Assembly: GCA_003009755.1 (NCBI GenBank)
Contig: PXUB01000014.1
Coordinates: forward strand, 1 to 30,114
Direction: 5' to 3'
DNA length: 30,114 nucleotides
From: Thermoplasmatales archaeon SW_10_69_26
Lineage (GTDB): Archaea; Thermoplasmatota; SW-10-69-26
Shown one piece after another: positions 10,037 to 19,345 of the stretch. The first letter of the stretch is position 1, and the number at the start of each line of letters is the position of its first letter. The notes beneath the pieces were generated by a model that did not search any database, was not told the DNA's origin, and worked only from the letters and a program-made list of their open reading frames with translations. The translations under genes and the position numbers were made by a program.

Positions 10037-11653
10037 TTAGAGGTCGGGCAGGTCGGGACCGTCGCCGCCGTCGTCGCTGAAGCCGGAGGCAGCGATCACG
10101 TCGTCGATCCGGAGGATCATGTCGGCGACCTCGGTGGCCGACTGGAGGGCCTGGGTCTTGACGCGCAGGGGCTCGAGGACGTTGGCCTCCTGGCTGTTGG
10201 CGACCTCGCCCTCGAAGACGTCGAACCCGTAGGCCTTGTCGCCGCTCTCGTGGGCGGCGCGGAGGTCGACGAGCGCCTGGATGGCGTCGAGGCCGGCGTT
10301 CTCGGCGAGCGTGCGGGGCACGATCTCGAGCGCCTCGGCGAAGGCTTCGACGGCGAGCTGCTCTCGGCCGCCGACCTTGTTGGCGTAGTCGCGCAGGCGG
10401 AGAGCGAGCTCGGTCTCGGGGGCGCCGCCGCCGGGGACGATCTTGCCGTCCTCGACGGCCACGGAGGTGACGCGGACGGCGTCCTGGATGGAGCGCTCGA
10501 TCTCGTCGATCACGTGCTCGGTGCCGCCGCGCAGCAGGATGCTGACGGAGCGGGCGCCATCGGAACCTTCGACGGCGGTGAAGGTGTCGTCGCCGATGGT
10601 GCGCTCCTCGACGGACCCGACCTGGCCGAGGTCGTCGGCGGCGATGTCCTTGATGGAGGAGATCGTGCTGGCGCCGGTGACGCGCTCGAGCTTCTCCATG
10701 TCGGAGGACTTGGCGCGGCGGACGGCGTAGATGCCGCGCTTGGCGAGGAAGTGCTGGGCCAGGTCGTCGATGCCCTTCTGGCAGAAGACGACGTCGGCGC
10801 CCGCGTCGTCGATCGCGTCGACGAGCTCCTCGATCATCTCCTCCTCTTGGTCGAGGAAGGACTGCAGCTGGTCGGGGTCGGTGACCTGGATGCTGGCGTC
10901 GACCTCGGTGTCCTGGACCTCGATCGCCTCGTCGATGAGGGCGACGTTGGCGTCGGTGACCTCGGTCGGCATGCCGGTGTGGACGCGGTCCTTGTTGACG
11001 AGGATGCCCTCGATGAGCTCGGTGTCGTCGACGCTGCCGCCTTCTTGGGCGATGAACTGGACGTTGTCGGTGTCGACGAGGTGGCCGTCGTCGGTCTCGT
11101 CGGCCACGGCGCGCACGGCGCGCACGGTGAGGTCGCCCAGCAGGTCGCTGGAGGCCTCGGCGTTCTTGCCCGTCATCGCCGTCTGGGCGATGGAGCGGAG
11201 GGTGTCCTCGTCGTCGATGTCGACGTCGATGGCGTACTCCTCGAGGATGTCGAGCGCTCGCGTGGCGGCCTTGCGGTAGCCGGCGCAGATGAGCGTCGGG
11301 TGGACGTCCTCGACCAGGTCCTCGGCGCGCTTGAGGAGCTCGCCGGCCAGAACCACGGACGTGGTCGTGCCGTCGCCGGCCTCTTGGTCCTGGGTCTCGG
11401 CGATCTCGACGACCATGTTCGCCGCGGGGTGGTCGAGGTCGATCTCGTTCAGGATGGTGACGCCGTCGTTCGTGATGACGACGTCGCCCATGGAGTCGAC
11501 CAGCATCTTGTCCATGCCCTTGGGACCGAGCGTGGTCCGCACGGCGTCGCCCACCGCTCGGGCCGCCATGATGTTGTTCGATCGAGCGCCCTTGCCTTGT
11601 TCGCGCTCGGTGCCTTCCTGAAGTACGAGTACGGGTTGTTGTCCGCCAAGCAT
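10037..11653 (-). CDS. ths: Thermosome subunit (group II chaperonin)
   Basis: [51 protein letters not shown]. Alpha or beta subunit cannot be assigned by eye. Confidence 0.97.
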   Translation of the reverse strand: MLGGQQPVLVLQEGTEREQGKGARSNNIMAARAVGDAVRTTLGPKGMDKMLVDSMGDVVITNDGVTILNEIDLDHPAANMVVEIAETQDQEAGDGTTTSVVLAGELLKRAEDLVEDVHPTLICAGYRKAATRALDILEEYAIDVDIDDEDTLRSIAQTAMTGKNAEASSDLLGDLTVRAVRAVADETDDGHLVDTDNVQFIAQEGGSVDDTELIEGILVNKDRVHTGMPTEVTDANVALIDEAIEVQDTEVDASIQVTDPDQLQSFLDQEEEMIEELVDAIDDAGADVVFCQKGIDDLAQHFLAKRGIYAVRRAKSSDMEKLERVTGASTISSIKDIAADDLGQVGSVEERTIGDDTFTAVEGSDGARSVSILLRGGTEHVIDEIERSIQDAVRVTSVAVEDGKIVPGGGAPETELALRLRDYANKVGGREQLAVEAFAEALEIVPRTLAENAGLDAIQALVDLRAAHESGDKAYGFDVFEGEVANSQEANVLEPLRVKTQALQSATEVADMILRIDDVIAASGFSDDGGDGPDLPDL

Positions 11654-11698
11654 GGTCGTGTACCTCTGGTCGGGGCCAGACCCCCGGTTTCACCGAGA

Positions 11699-11740
11699 TA
11701 GAAGAGGCCTTCTACAAGAGTGTTTTCCCTCACATGAGGG
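11699..11740. promoter_or_regulatory. Two palindromes upstream of the thermosome (possible heat-shock operator)
   Basis: TAGAAG-AGGC-CTTCTA 11699-11714 and CCCTCA-CA-TGAGGG 11727-11740. Confidence 0.35.
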
Positions 11741-11771
11741 CGGAGCGGGATGACCACGAGATGGAGTCTCA

Positions 11772-12110
11772 CTACTTCATGTCGGCCGCGAGGCGGTCGA
11801 CGTCCTCGGGTTCCAAGCCCTGGCCGGGCCGGCCGTCGACGCGAGCGGTCTCCTGTCCGTCGGCGAACCCGATCAAGGTGGGAACGACGTCGATGTCGAA
11901 CCTCGTCCAGCGGGGGTCGGACTCTTCGGAGATGTTGCTGGCGACCGCGTCGACGTCCAGCGTCTCGACGCGTTGGGGGAACGAGGGCGCGAACGCGCGG
12001 CAGAAACCGCACCAGTCAGCGTAGAAGAACACGGCCACGGGGTCGGGCTCCTCGATGCGGTCGGCCAGCTCGTCCTCGTCCAGGATCTCTACGCCGGGGT
12101 CGATGGCCAT
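11772..12110 (-). CDS. Thioredoxin family protein
   Basis: FYADWCGFC active site, cis-Pro motif VVPTLIGF, 112 aa. Confidence 0.9.
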   Translation of the reverse strand: MAIDPGVEILDEDELADRIEEPDPVAVFFYADWCGFCRAFAPSFPQRVETLDVDAVASNISEESDPRWTRFDIDVVPTLIGFADGQETARVDGRPGQGLEPEDVDRLAADMK

Positions 12111-12111
12111 C

Positions 12112-12585
12112 TCAGGACCCCCCTGAGGGCTGGGGGTTCGTCAACGTTTCCTCGACGCCTTCGAGGGCCTCCTCCACGTGGGACCAGTGGAACGGCGAGC
12201 GGAACCGCTTGCGGACGGTGCCCTCCTCGTCGACGACGAAGGTGACACGCTGGGTCCCCAGCAAGCCGTCGACGCCGTAGGCCTCGCGCACCTCCCCGTC
12301 GACGTCGGCCAGCAGATCGAAGCCGAGGCCGTGCTCCTCGCGGAACCGCTCGTGTTCCTCGGGGGGATCGGTGCTGACGCCGACGACGTTGACGCCGTGG
12401 GCCTCGAAGGCCGCCAGGTTGTCCTGGAAATCGCAGACCTCCTTCGTGCACACGAGCGTGAAATCGCCCGGATAGAAGAACAGCACGAGCGGGCGGTCGA
12501 GCAGCTCGGCCAGCTCGACGGTGTCGCCGTCGTGGTTGGGCAGCGCGAACTCGGGCGCGCGGTCACCCACGTCGATGTCGGCCAT
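12112..12585 (-). CDS. bcp: Peroxiredoxin, BCP/PrxQ type
   Basis: VGDRAPEFAL, FYPGDFTLVCTKEVCDF (peroxidatic and resolving Cys, CxxxxC), GVSTD, RVTFVVD. Real start is ATG 12585; the 742-aa ORF extension is antisense to the next gene. Confidence 0.9.
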   Translation of the reverse strand: MADIDVGDRAPEFALPNHDGDTVELAELLDRPLVLFFYPGDFTLVCTKEVCDFQDNLAAFEAHGVNVVGVSTDPPEEHERFREEHGLGFDLLADVDGEVREAYGVDGLLGTQRVTFVVDEEGTVRKRFRSPFHWSHVEEALEGVEETLTNPQPSGGS

Positions 12586-12693
12586 CACCGGACGAAACGA
12601 CCGGCATCGGGAAAATCCTAGCCTGGGCACTGTCGGCGGCCGGACCCGACGTGCCCCGCAACGTTGAAAGGCTCGGGGCCAGCCTGTCCATCG

Positions 12694-14259
12694 ATGACCG
12701 AGCTTCGCTCCTCGCTGCTCGCCCTCGTTCTGGTGACGACGGGATGGGCAGGCTGCATCGGGACCGCGGACGACTCCCTGGACGCCAACCGGGCCGGCCT
12801 GGACGAGGCGAGCTCGATCCAGGTCGTCGACGAGGACGAGGAGGCGATCGCGTTCGCCCAGGTCACCCAGTACGCGGCCGGCGAGGTGCTCACCGTCACC
12901 TCCGCGAACGCGAGCGGCGCCCTGGCGGCGGAGGAGTTGACCCCCTCGGCCGAGCGCGTGCTCGTCACCGCCGACGGCTACGAGGACTGGGAGGGCTCGG
13001 TCGAGGACCTCGGCGACCAGATCAGGCTGGCGAACGCCACCGAGCGCGTCCAGCCCGAGCCCAGCGCCGACCGCGACCGGCTGTCGCTGCTGGCCCCGCT
13101 GCAGCTGGGCTCGGCCTACATGGCCGACCGGCCCGAGACCTGCAACGTGAACAACTGCGGGGCCAGCGAGCCCGTGATCGAGGTCGCCGGCGATGGCACC
13201 ATCTACGTCTCGGGCGTGTGCTGCGTGGGCGGCTCGCCGCCGATCTGGTTCAGCCAGGACGACGGGCGCAGCTTCCAGCTGCTCCGCGGGGACGTGCTCC
13301 GCGACAGCTTCGGGATCGAGGGCGACTTCGCCATCGACGAGACCGGCAACATGTACTTCTCGGACATCAGCGTCGCCAGCGGCTACCTCTCCTCCTGGGA
13401 CGAAGACCAAGAGCACCGCTCGACGATCCCGGCCGGTCCCTTCGTGCCGCCCGTCGACCGCCCGTGGATCGAGGCGGGTCCCGAGGATACCGCTTGGTTC
13501 CTCTACAACCAGGTCACCAGCACGCTGCTGTACAAGTCGACCGACGGCGGCATCACCTGGACGCTGCAGCAGGAGTTCCCCGGCGCGCTCGGGTACTTCG
13601 AGTCCGGGCCCGGCCTCGAGGAGCTGTGGGTCGCGGCCGACGACCACCTGTGGCACAGCGAGGACGGCGGCGAGACGTTCGAGCAGCTCGAGGAGATCCC
13701 CCGACCCAGCGACGAGGGCCAGCGGTTCATGTCCTACGAGACGCTCGGCGTCGACGAAGCCGGCAACGTCTGGGCCGTCTACGACTGGTCCAACGGCACC
13801 TCGGACGCCTACCACATCTACGCCGTCAAGCGCAGCCCCGACGGCGAGTGGTCCCAGCCCGTCCGAGTCAGCCCCGACCAGGGCACGCACCACCTGCCGT
13901 GGGCTGACGCCAGCGCCGAGGGAAGCCTGGCCCTTGCCTGGTATGGCACCCTCGACGACGAGGCCGGCCCGAACGAGGTGGACGAGGACGCCCAGTGGGA
14001 GCTGTTCACCGCGGCCACGATCGACGGGACCGAGGACGATCCGGGCTTCCAGCTGGCCCAGCCGGAGCCCGCGCTCGTGCACGAGGGCCCGATGAACCGC
14101 AAGCTGTTGGACTTCCTGCAGGTCGAGATCGGGCCCGAGGGCGCCGTCCACATCGCCTACGCCCAGGACCGCGAGGGCCAACAGGACGAGCGCACCGAGT
14201 ACGTCCGCTCGACGACGGGCTTGGACCTGGCGCGCGAGGACTACCTGAACGGGCCCTGA
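12694..14259 (+). CDS. Lipoprotein with BNR/Asp-box (sialidase-like) beta-propeller
   Basis: Lipobox WAGC. Asp-boxes SQDDGRSF, STDGGITW, SEDGGETF. TTGAAA box at 12664-12669. Confidence 0.8.
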   Translation: MTELRSSLLALVLVTTGWAGCIGTADDSLDANRAGLDEASSIQVVDEDEEAIAFAQVTQYAAGEVLTVTSANASGALAAEELTPSAERVLVTADGYEDWEGSVEDLGDQIRLANATERVQPEPSADRDRLSLLAPLQLGSAYMADRPETCNVNNCGASEPVIEVAGDGTIYVSGVCCVGGSPPIWFSQDDGRSFQLLRGDVLRDSFGIEGDFAIDETGNMYFSDISVASGYLSSWDEDQEHRSTIPAGPFVPPVDRPWIEAGPEDTAWFLYNQVTSTLLYKSTDGGITWTLQQEFPGALGYFESGPGLEELWVAADDHLWHSEDGGETFEQLEEIPRPSDEGQRFMSYETLGVDEAGNVWAVYDWSNGTSDAYHIYAVKRSPDGEWSQPVRVSPDQGTHHLPWADASAEGSLALAWYGTLDDEAGPNEVDEDAQWELFTAATIDGTEDDPGFQLAQPEPALVHEGPMNRKLLDFLQVEIGPEGAVHIAYAQDREGQQDERTEYVRSTTGLDLAREDYLNGP

Positions 14260-14269
14260 CGCCGGCAAC

Positions 14270-14310
14270 GAGCGGGCCTCACCCCGACGGACCGCGTCGG
14301 CGGCCCGCTC
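14270..14310. terminator. Intergenic GC-rich hairpin
   Basis: GAGCGGGCC/GGCCCGCTC outer stem and CCGACG/CGTCGG inner stem, just after the stop at 14259. Confidence 0.4.
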
Positions 14311-14443
14311 ACGACCGGGGTCTCGCAAGCACCGCTGCAAGAGCCCCTAGGATCGCCCCCACGACCGCCAGCCCCGCGTCCACCGCACCCGACCCTCGGT
14401 GCCCCAACAACGCTTATCAGGGCCCCGGAGTCCTCCCAACGCG

Positions 14444-15865
14444 ATGCGACGGTTGCTTTGGATCCTGGCGCTGGCTTCCCTGGTCGCGGTCGCCGGTTGC
14501 CTGGGTGGAACGGACGACGACCTGGACGCTGCCGAGGCCGAGGAGCAGCAGGCGGGCACCGGTCACGAGATGACGTTCGCGAACGAGACCCTCATCGACG
14601 ACACGCGCGCCGGCGGCGAGCCGGTGATCGCGACGACGAGCGAGGGATCGTTGCTCGTCAGCGCCCACCCTGGGTCCACGCACTACCACCCCAGCGACGA
14701 GACCGGGCACGTGGGCAGCGAGTTCGTGACCCCGACCAGCGGGCAATCCTACCTGTGGCGGTCCACCGACGACGGCGACACGTGGACCCACATCGGGACG
14801 CCCGGCGCCGGCGAAGCCGGCCCCCGCGGCCTCGGCCTGGGCATCTCGGACCCCGACTTCACGGTGGACGGCGACCGGATCTACCGCACGGATCTGCTCG
14901 CGCTGGCCTCGGCGCCGGTGGACTGGAGCGACGACGACGGCCAGACGTGGGTGCAAGGCAACCCGGTGGCCTCGGAAGGCGTCGTCGACCGCCAGTGGCT
15001 GGCCAGCCACAACGGGACCGTGTACTTCACGGCGAACTACTTCGCGCCCGATCCCGGCCGCCACGTGCTCGCCAGCGAGGACGGGCTCGTCTGGGAGCGC
15101 CGCGGCGATCTGCCGGGCGACTGCGGAGCCGACTTCGTCGCTTCACCGCACGACGGCACGCTGTACGCCGGCTGCGGTGACGGGATCGCGGTCAGCACCG
15201 ACGACGCCCAGTCCTGGGAGCAGCACACGATCCCCGGCCACGAGGGCGCCTCGGCCCGCATGACCGAGCCCGCGGTGGACGGGGCCGGGAACGTCTGGAT
15301 GGCGATCCAGGAGAACGAGACCGAGATGTCCATCGCCGGCAGCCCCGATCAGGGCGAGACGTGGCCCTGGATCCACGACGTCACCGACGAGGTCCGCCAC
15401 GCCCTGAACGACACCGAGGACCTCACGATGATGTGGCCGTGGATCTCGGCCGGCAGCGAGGGCCGCGTGGCCGCCTCGATCTACGCCAGCCCGACGCCGC
15501 CGCCCAGCGACGAGGGCCCCGACGACCGCTCGTGGAACGTCGTCACCGTCGCCGCCATGGACGCGGACACCGCGACCGGTCCCGCCGCCCACGGCTATCC
15601 CGTCGCCGAGGACGTCCACCGCGGACCGGTGTGCCAGTCGGGCACCTTCTGCCAGGTGTCCAGCCTGCAAGGCGAGGACTCCGGCGACCGACGGCTGGGC
15701 GACTTCTTCGAGACCACGATCGGTCGCGACGGCAAGCTCTTCGTGACCTACTCGGACACGACGACGAAGCCCGAGGACGTCGTCGCCCACCCCGGGTTCG
15801 TGAAACAGACCGGTGGGCCGTCCTTCATCGCCGAGGACAGCGACTATCGGCCCACGCAGGGGTGA
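14444..15865 (+). CDS. Lipoprotein with BNR/Asp-box (sialidase-like) beta-propeller, paralog of the preceding gene
   Basis: MRRLLW...VAGC lipobox. Asp-boxes STDDGDTW, SDDDGQTW, SEDGLVW, STDDAQSW, SPDQGETW. TTATCA box at 14414-14419. Confidence 0.8.
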   Translation: MRRLLWILALASLVAVAGCLGGTDDDLDAAEAEEQQAGTGHEMTFANETLIDDTRAGGEPVIATTSEGSLLVSAHPGSTHYHPSDETGHVGSEFVTPTSGQSYLWRSTDDGDTWTHIGTPGAGEAGPRGLGLGISDPDFTVDGDRIYRTDLLALASAPVDWSDDDGQTWVQGNPVASEGVVDRQWLASHNGTVYFTANYFAPDPGRHVLASEDGLVWERRGDLPGDCGADFVASPHDGTLYAGCGDGIAVSTDDAQSWEQHTIPGHEGASARMTEPAVDGAGNVWMAIQENETEMSIAGSPDQGETWPWIHDVTDEVRHALNDTEDLTMMWPWISAGSEGRVAASIYASPTPPPSDEGPDDRSWNVVTVAAMDADTATGPAAHGYPVAEDVHRGPVCQSGTFCQVSSLQGEDSGDRRLGDFFETTIGRDGKLFVTYSDTTTKPEDVVAHPGFVKQTGGPSFIAEDSDYRPTQG

Positions 15866-15929
15866 GAACGGCGGGGTTCGTGGTTCAGAGGAGAGAGGAT
15901 CCATCCATCAGGGTCCAAGGTTCACGAGC

Positions 15930-16300
15930 TGTGGACACTCCGTGGGGGCTGATCCTCGGTGGCGGCCTCAGTTTCTCGGTCCTCGCGGTCCGATCGACCC
16001 CCCAGGGGTCTGCCGGAACCCGTAACTCATCCCACACTCGTGGGGCTCGATCGGCGGATCAAGGGCAAGGATCTCTTGGAACATCCGACCCGCGTGGCTG
16101 TTCTGGGCCTCCTCCGAGAGAGGCCCGGTAGCCACCTCCGAGGGATCTGCCGGGATCTCGGCCTCGCATACAGCACGGCGGACGACCATCGTCGCCGCCT
16201 CGTCGAGGAGGAGAGTACGGAGATGAAACAAAAGCGAGGAAAGAAGAGGTTCTTCGTGAAGGACGAGCATCAGGTCCCTTCGTCTGACGGAACGCTTTTG
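15930..16300 (+). pseudogene. Degraded winged-HTH regulator fragment
   Basis: LDRRIKGKDLLEHPTRVAVLGLLRERPGSHLRGICRDLGLAYST...RRLVEE...GKKRFF resembles an ArsR-like wHTH. No convincing start. A hydrophobic stretch (WGLILGGGLSFSVLAV) lies just upstream in another frame. Boundaries approximate. Confidence 0.5.
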
Positions 16301-16419
16301 GGTGCACCCGGGGTGTCCGAGACGCTGAAGAGGTGTAAGCGATCGAACACAGCCGACGCTTCCGCCGTCGTGCAACACTCGCCGCAGCCGCGATCGCGCT
16401 CTCGCTGATCGTCGCCGCG

Positions 16420-16635
16420 GTGCAGTTCCTGCAGACGCGGGGGGTCTCGGAGCTGCTTGTGCTCGCCCTCGCGATCCCGGTCCTGCTGGTGGTCCTCCTG
16501 CAGGCGAGCTGGGTGTACGCGGACGCCCGACGCGAGGGCTTCCCGGCCGGGCCGTGGCTCCTCGCGGTTCTCACCGTGCCCGGGCTCGGGTTCCTGGCCT
16601 ACCTGGTCGCGCGCGGCCGCACGGCCAAGCGGTGA
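16420..16635 (+). CDS. Small membrane protein, PLDc N-terminal-like
   Basis: WVYADARREGFPAGPWLLAVLTVPGLGFLAYLVAR fits the PLDc_N pattern. The frame is open upstream to 16339 with an extra hydrophobic helix, so the start is uncertain. Confidence 0.65.
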   Translation: MQFLQTRGVSELLVLALAIPVLLVVLLQASWVYADARREGFPAGPWLLAVLTVPGLGFLAYLVARGRTAKR

Positions 16636-16727
16636 GTCCCAGCCCCCGGCGGCTACGTCGGCACCCACGCGCTGGAGCCGGCAAGCACGAGCGGGGCCTC
16701 GCGCCGGAGCACGCTGGACGTCTTGGC

Positions 16728-17474
16728 CTAATCCATCACGCGCTGGATACCCTGCAAGATGGCTTCCTGGGTCTGCCGGGAGTCCAGCAGCTCGACGTAC
16801 TCGTCGAAGGCACCCTCGAAGAGGCTCTCCCACGTGTCGAGGATCGGCTCGTTGAGGCGCTGTTTGACGCGGCGGAAGGCCTCGGGGTTGGTGCCGCCGA
16901 TCGTGTCGGTGGCCGCGAGGGCGCCCTCAACCGGGTTCTCGTCCAGCTCGTCGATCCAGCCCAGCTCCAGCGCCTCTTGGCCATGGACTTTGCGCGGTTG
17001 CAGGATGGTGCGACGGACCGTCTGCGGCGGGAGCCGCGCCTCGAAGAGGCTGAGGTCGGTCGGCGGGAACGGGATGCCGACCTCCAGCTCGGTGCAGCCG
17101 ATGTCGGCCTCGGGGTGGGCCACGCGGTAGTCGCAGGTGAGCGCGAAGATGCCGCCCCCGGCGACGGCGAAGCCCTCGAGGGCCGCGATGACGGGAACCT
17201 CGGCCGTCAAGATCGCTTCCGTGCCGGTCTTGAAGTGGTCCAACAGCTCGCGCAGGCCCTCGCGGTCTAGCGTGGGGACCTCCTCGAGGTCCAGGCCGGC
17301 GGAGAAGGCGTGCCCGTTGCCCGTGAGAACGACCGGTTGCTCTTGGGCGGTGGCTTTCTCGAGCTTGTTGCCCAGCTCGCCCATGAACTCGGTCGACAAG
17401 GCGTTGACCTTGCCGTCGTCCATCTCCACGAGCGTGACCTCGTCCCGCCGGTCGACCGTGATCGCCTCCGTCAT
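16728..17474 (-). CDS. Enoyl-CoA hydratase/isomerase family protein
   Basis: DDGKVNALS, AFSAGLDL, PVIAALEGFAVAGG, CDYRV, ELEVGIP, EALELGWID. Confidence 0.9.
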   Translation of the reverse strand: MTEAITVDRRDEVTLVEMDDGKVNALSTEFMGELGNKLEKATAQEQPVVLTGNGHAFSAGLDLEEVPTLDREGLRELLDHFKTGTEAILTAEVPVIAALEGFAVAGGGIFALTCDYRVAHPEADIGCTELEVGIPFPPTDLSLFEARLPPQTVRRTILQPRKVHGQEALELGWIDELDENPVEGALAATDTIGGTNPEAFRRVKQRLNEPILDTWESLFEGAFDEYVELLDSRQTQEAILQGIQRVMD

Positions 17475-17605
17475 GGTCCTTGCTAGGACCACCCAGACGT
17501 TGAACGTTTGGGGGTGGTATCAGCCGGCGGGCCGACCGCGCTGTTGCCACTCAAGCAGACATAGCCCTGCACGAAGACCCAACCGCGCCCAAGATCAGCG
17601 TCGTT

Positions 17606-17686
17606 GGGGGCTGGGCCGCTCCCGAGGGGGGTTTCTTTGTTGCCGAGGATTTTTCTTTGTCCCCCCTCGGGAGGCGTCAAGCCCCC
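17606..17686. repeat. Long inverted repeat with a directly repeated loop
   Basis: Perfect 13-bp stem CTCCCGAGGGGGG (17619-17631) / CCCCCCTCGGGAG (17661-17673), extended by GGGGGCT/AGCCCCC. Loop has TTTCTTTGT twice. Confidence 0.7.
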
Positions 17687-17704
17687 GTCGAAAGAAAAAT
17701 GCTC

Positions 17705-19289
17705 CTAGCAGGCGAAGCAGCCGATCTGCTCGGGTTGCTCGTCGACCGTGGTGTCCATCGGGGCCAGCGGCATGTCGACGTGGCCGCCGTGGTCGGTGTA
17801 CGCGATGCCGTGCATCTGGCCGGGCGCGGGCTGGGCGTGGCGGGGGTCGTCGCCGAACACGACGATCCACCGGTGGCCGGGTTCGAGCACGTCGTCCTGC
17901 GGGTAGAGCGGGATCTCGATCTCGAGGTGCTCGTTCTGGGGCACGGGCTGGGCGTCGGTGAGGCCCTCGCGGTAGATGCCGCGGACGACGCCCTCGTTGA
18001 CCCATTCGCGTTCGCCGTCGGGGGTCTCCTCGTAGAGGACGGCCGTGAAGACGGGGTCGGGGTTGCCTTGGACCTCGGCTTCGACGGTCACGGTGGGTTG
18101 GCCGGCGTAGCGGTAGGGGGCTTGGCCTGGAAGGTCGACGGGACCCTCGACTTGCACGGTGCCGGTGTCGGAGTAGGAGGCGACGAGCTCGTTGATGTGG
18201 CCCTCGACGTGCTCGGCGTCCTTGGGGGGCCAGTCGTCGCTGGCGCGCCACACCCCGTCGTCGCCTTCGACCTCGAAGCCCCAGTCGACGCCGGTGGCCT
18301 TGCCCTTGCCGGTGTGTTCCAGCCAGCGGAGCATCGTCTGGTTCCAGTCGGCCCGCATCGGGTACACGTGCCCGGTCCCGTCCTCGGTGTCTTGGTGCAG
18401 CCAGCCCTTCACCCGGATCTGCTCGGGCAGCTCGTCGAGCCAGGGCAGGATGTGGTCGGGTTTCACGTTCCAGTCCTGGAGACCGTGCACGAAGAAGACC
18501 GAGCCGTTCCAGTCGCTGTCGGCGACGTAGCGGTTCCAGTCCCGCTCGACCCAGTAGTCGGTCTTCATGCCGTGGGCGCCGGAGCCGACACCGTTGGCCT
18601 GCATCTCGGGCAGCTCGGGGCAGGCGGCGTCCGACGCCGTACTCGTGCACGCCCTGGCCGTAGTAGTACGTGTTGAAGATCGGGCCGTGGGTGTAGGCGA
18701 CACCCTGGCGGTACGTGTAGCGGTACATGTCCGTGATGCCGGACACGTGGAACAGGCCGACCAGGCCCTCGGGCGGGTCCTTGGCGATCAGCCCGTTCTG
18801 CGGCGTGGAGTCGTAGCTTTTCCCGCCGGCGATCACGTTCCCGTTGGACCACTCGGCGTTGGCGAAGCGCTCGACGGTCTCCTTGAGGTCGGCCACCTCG
18901 CGGTCGCTGCCGATCTCGAAGCAACCCTCCGAGTGGCCGGTGCCGCGGATCGCGGAGAGGACGACGGCGTAGCCGCGCGGCACGTACTCCTCGATCATGT
19001 ACTGGGCGAAGGCGTCGCCGCGTTCCTCAGCCGCGTCACCCCAGTAGGGGCTGAAGTTGACGAACACGGGCACGGACTCGTTCGTGTCGGGGCGGTAGAT
19101 CGCGTTGTGAATCGTGGTCCCATCCGACAACTCGACCCGGACCTCGGTGACCTCCTGCACGTCGTAGCGGGGCTCGGCGAGGTCGCTCGAGGCGCTGTCG
19201 GGATCGATCTCCTGGCCTTCGTCGTCGCCGAGGCAACCGGCGAGCCCGGCGGCGAGCACGAGGGCAGCGAGGACCACGAGCCGTCGCAT
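17705..19289 (-). pseudogene. CocE/NonD (S15-like) alpha/beta-hydrolase lipoprotein, frameshifted near 18632
   Basis: N-half: MRRLVV...LAGC, SPYW, YVPRGYAVV...RGTGHSEG, WSNGNV..GKSYD. C-half in another frame: YWVERD, VHGLQDWNVKP, WLEH, LYPQDDVLEPGH. Confidence 0.8.
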
Positions 19290-19345
19290 CGTGACACGAG
19301 CGGCCGCGCAGCATGTTAACGGTTGTGGGCGCCCGGTTGGGCGGA

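Noticed and set aside
12586-14340. Apparent 742-aa peroxiredoxin fusion
   Set aside because: The extension is the antisense of the BNR lipoprotein; the BCP domain starts at ATG 12585
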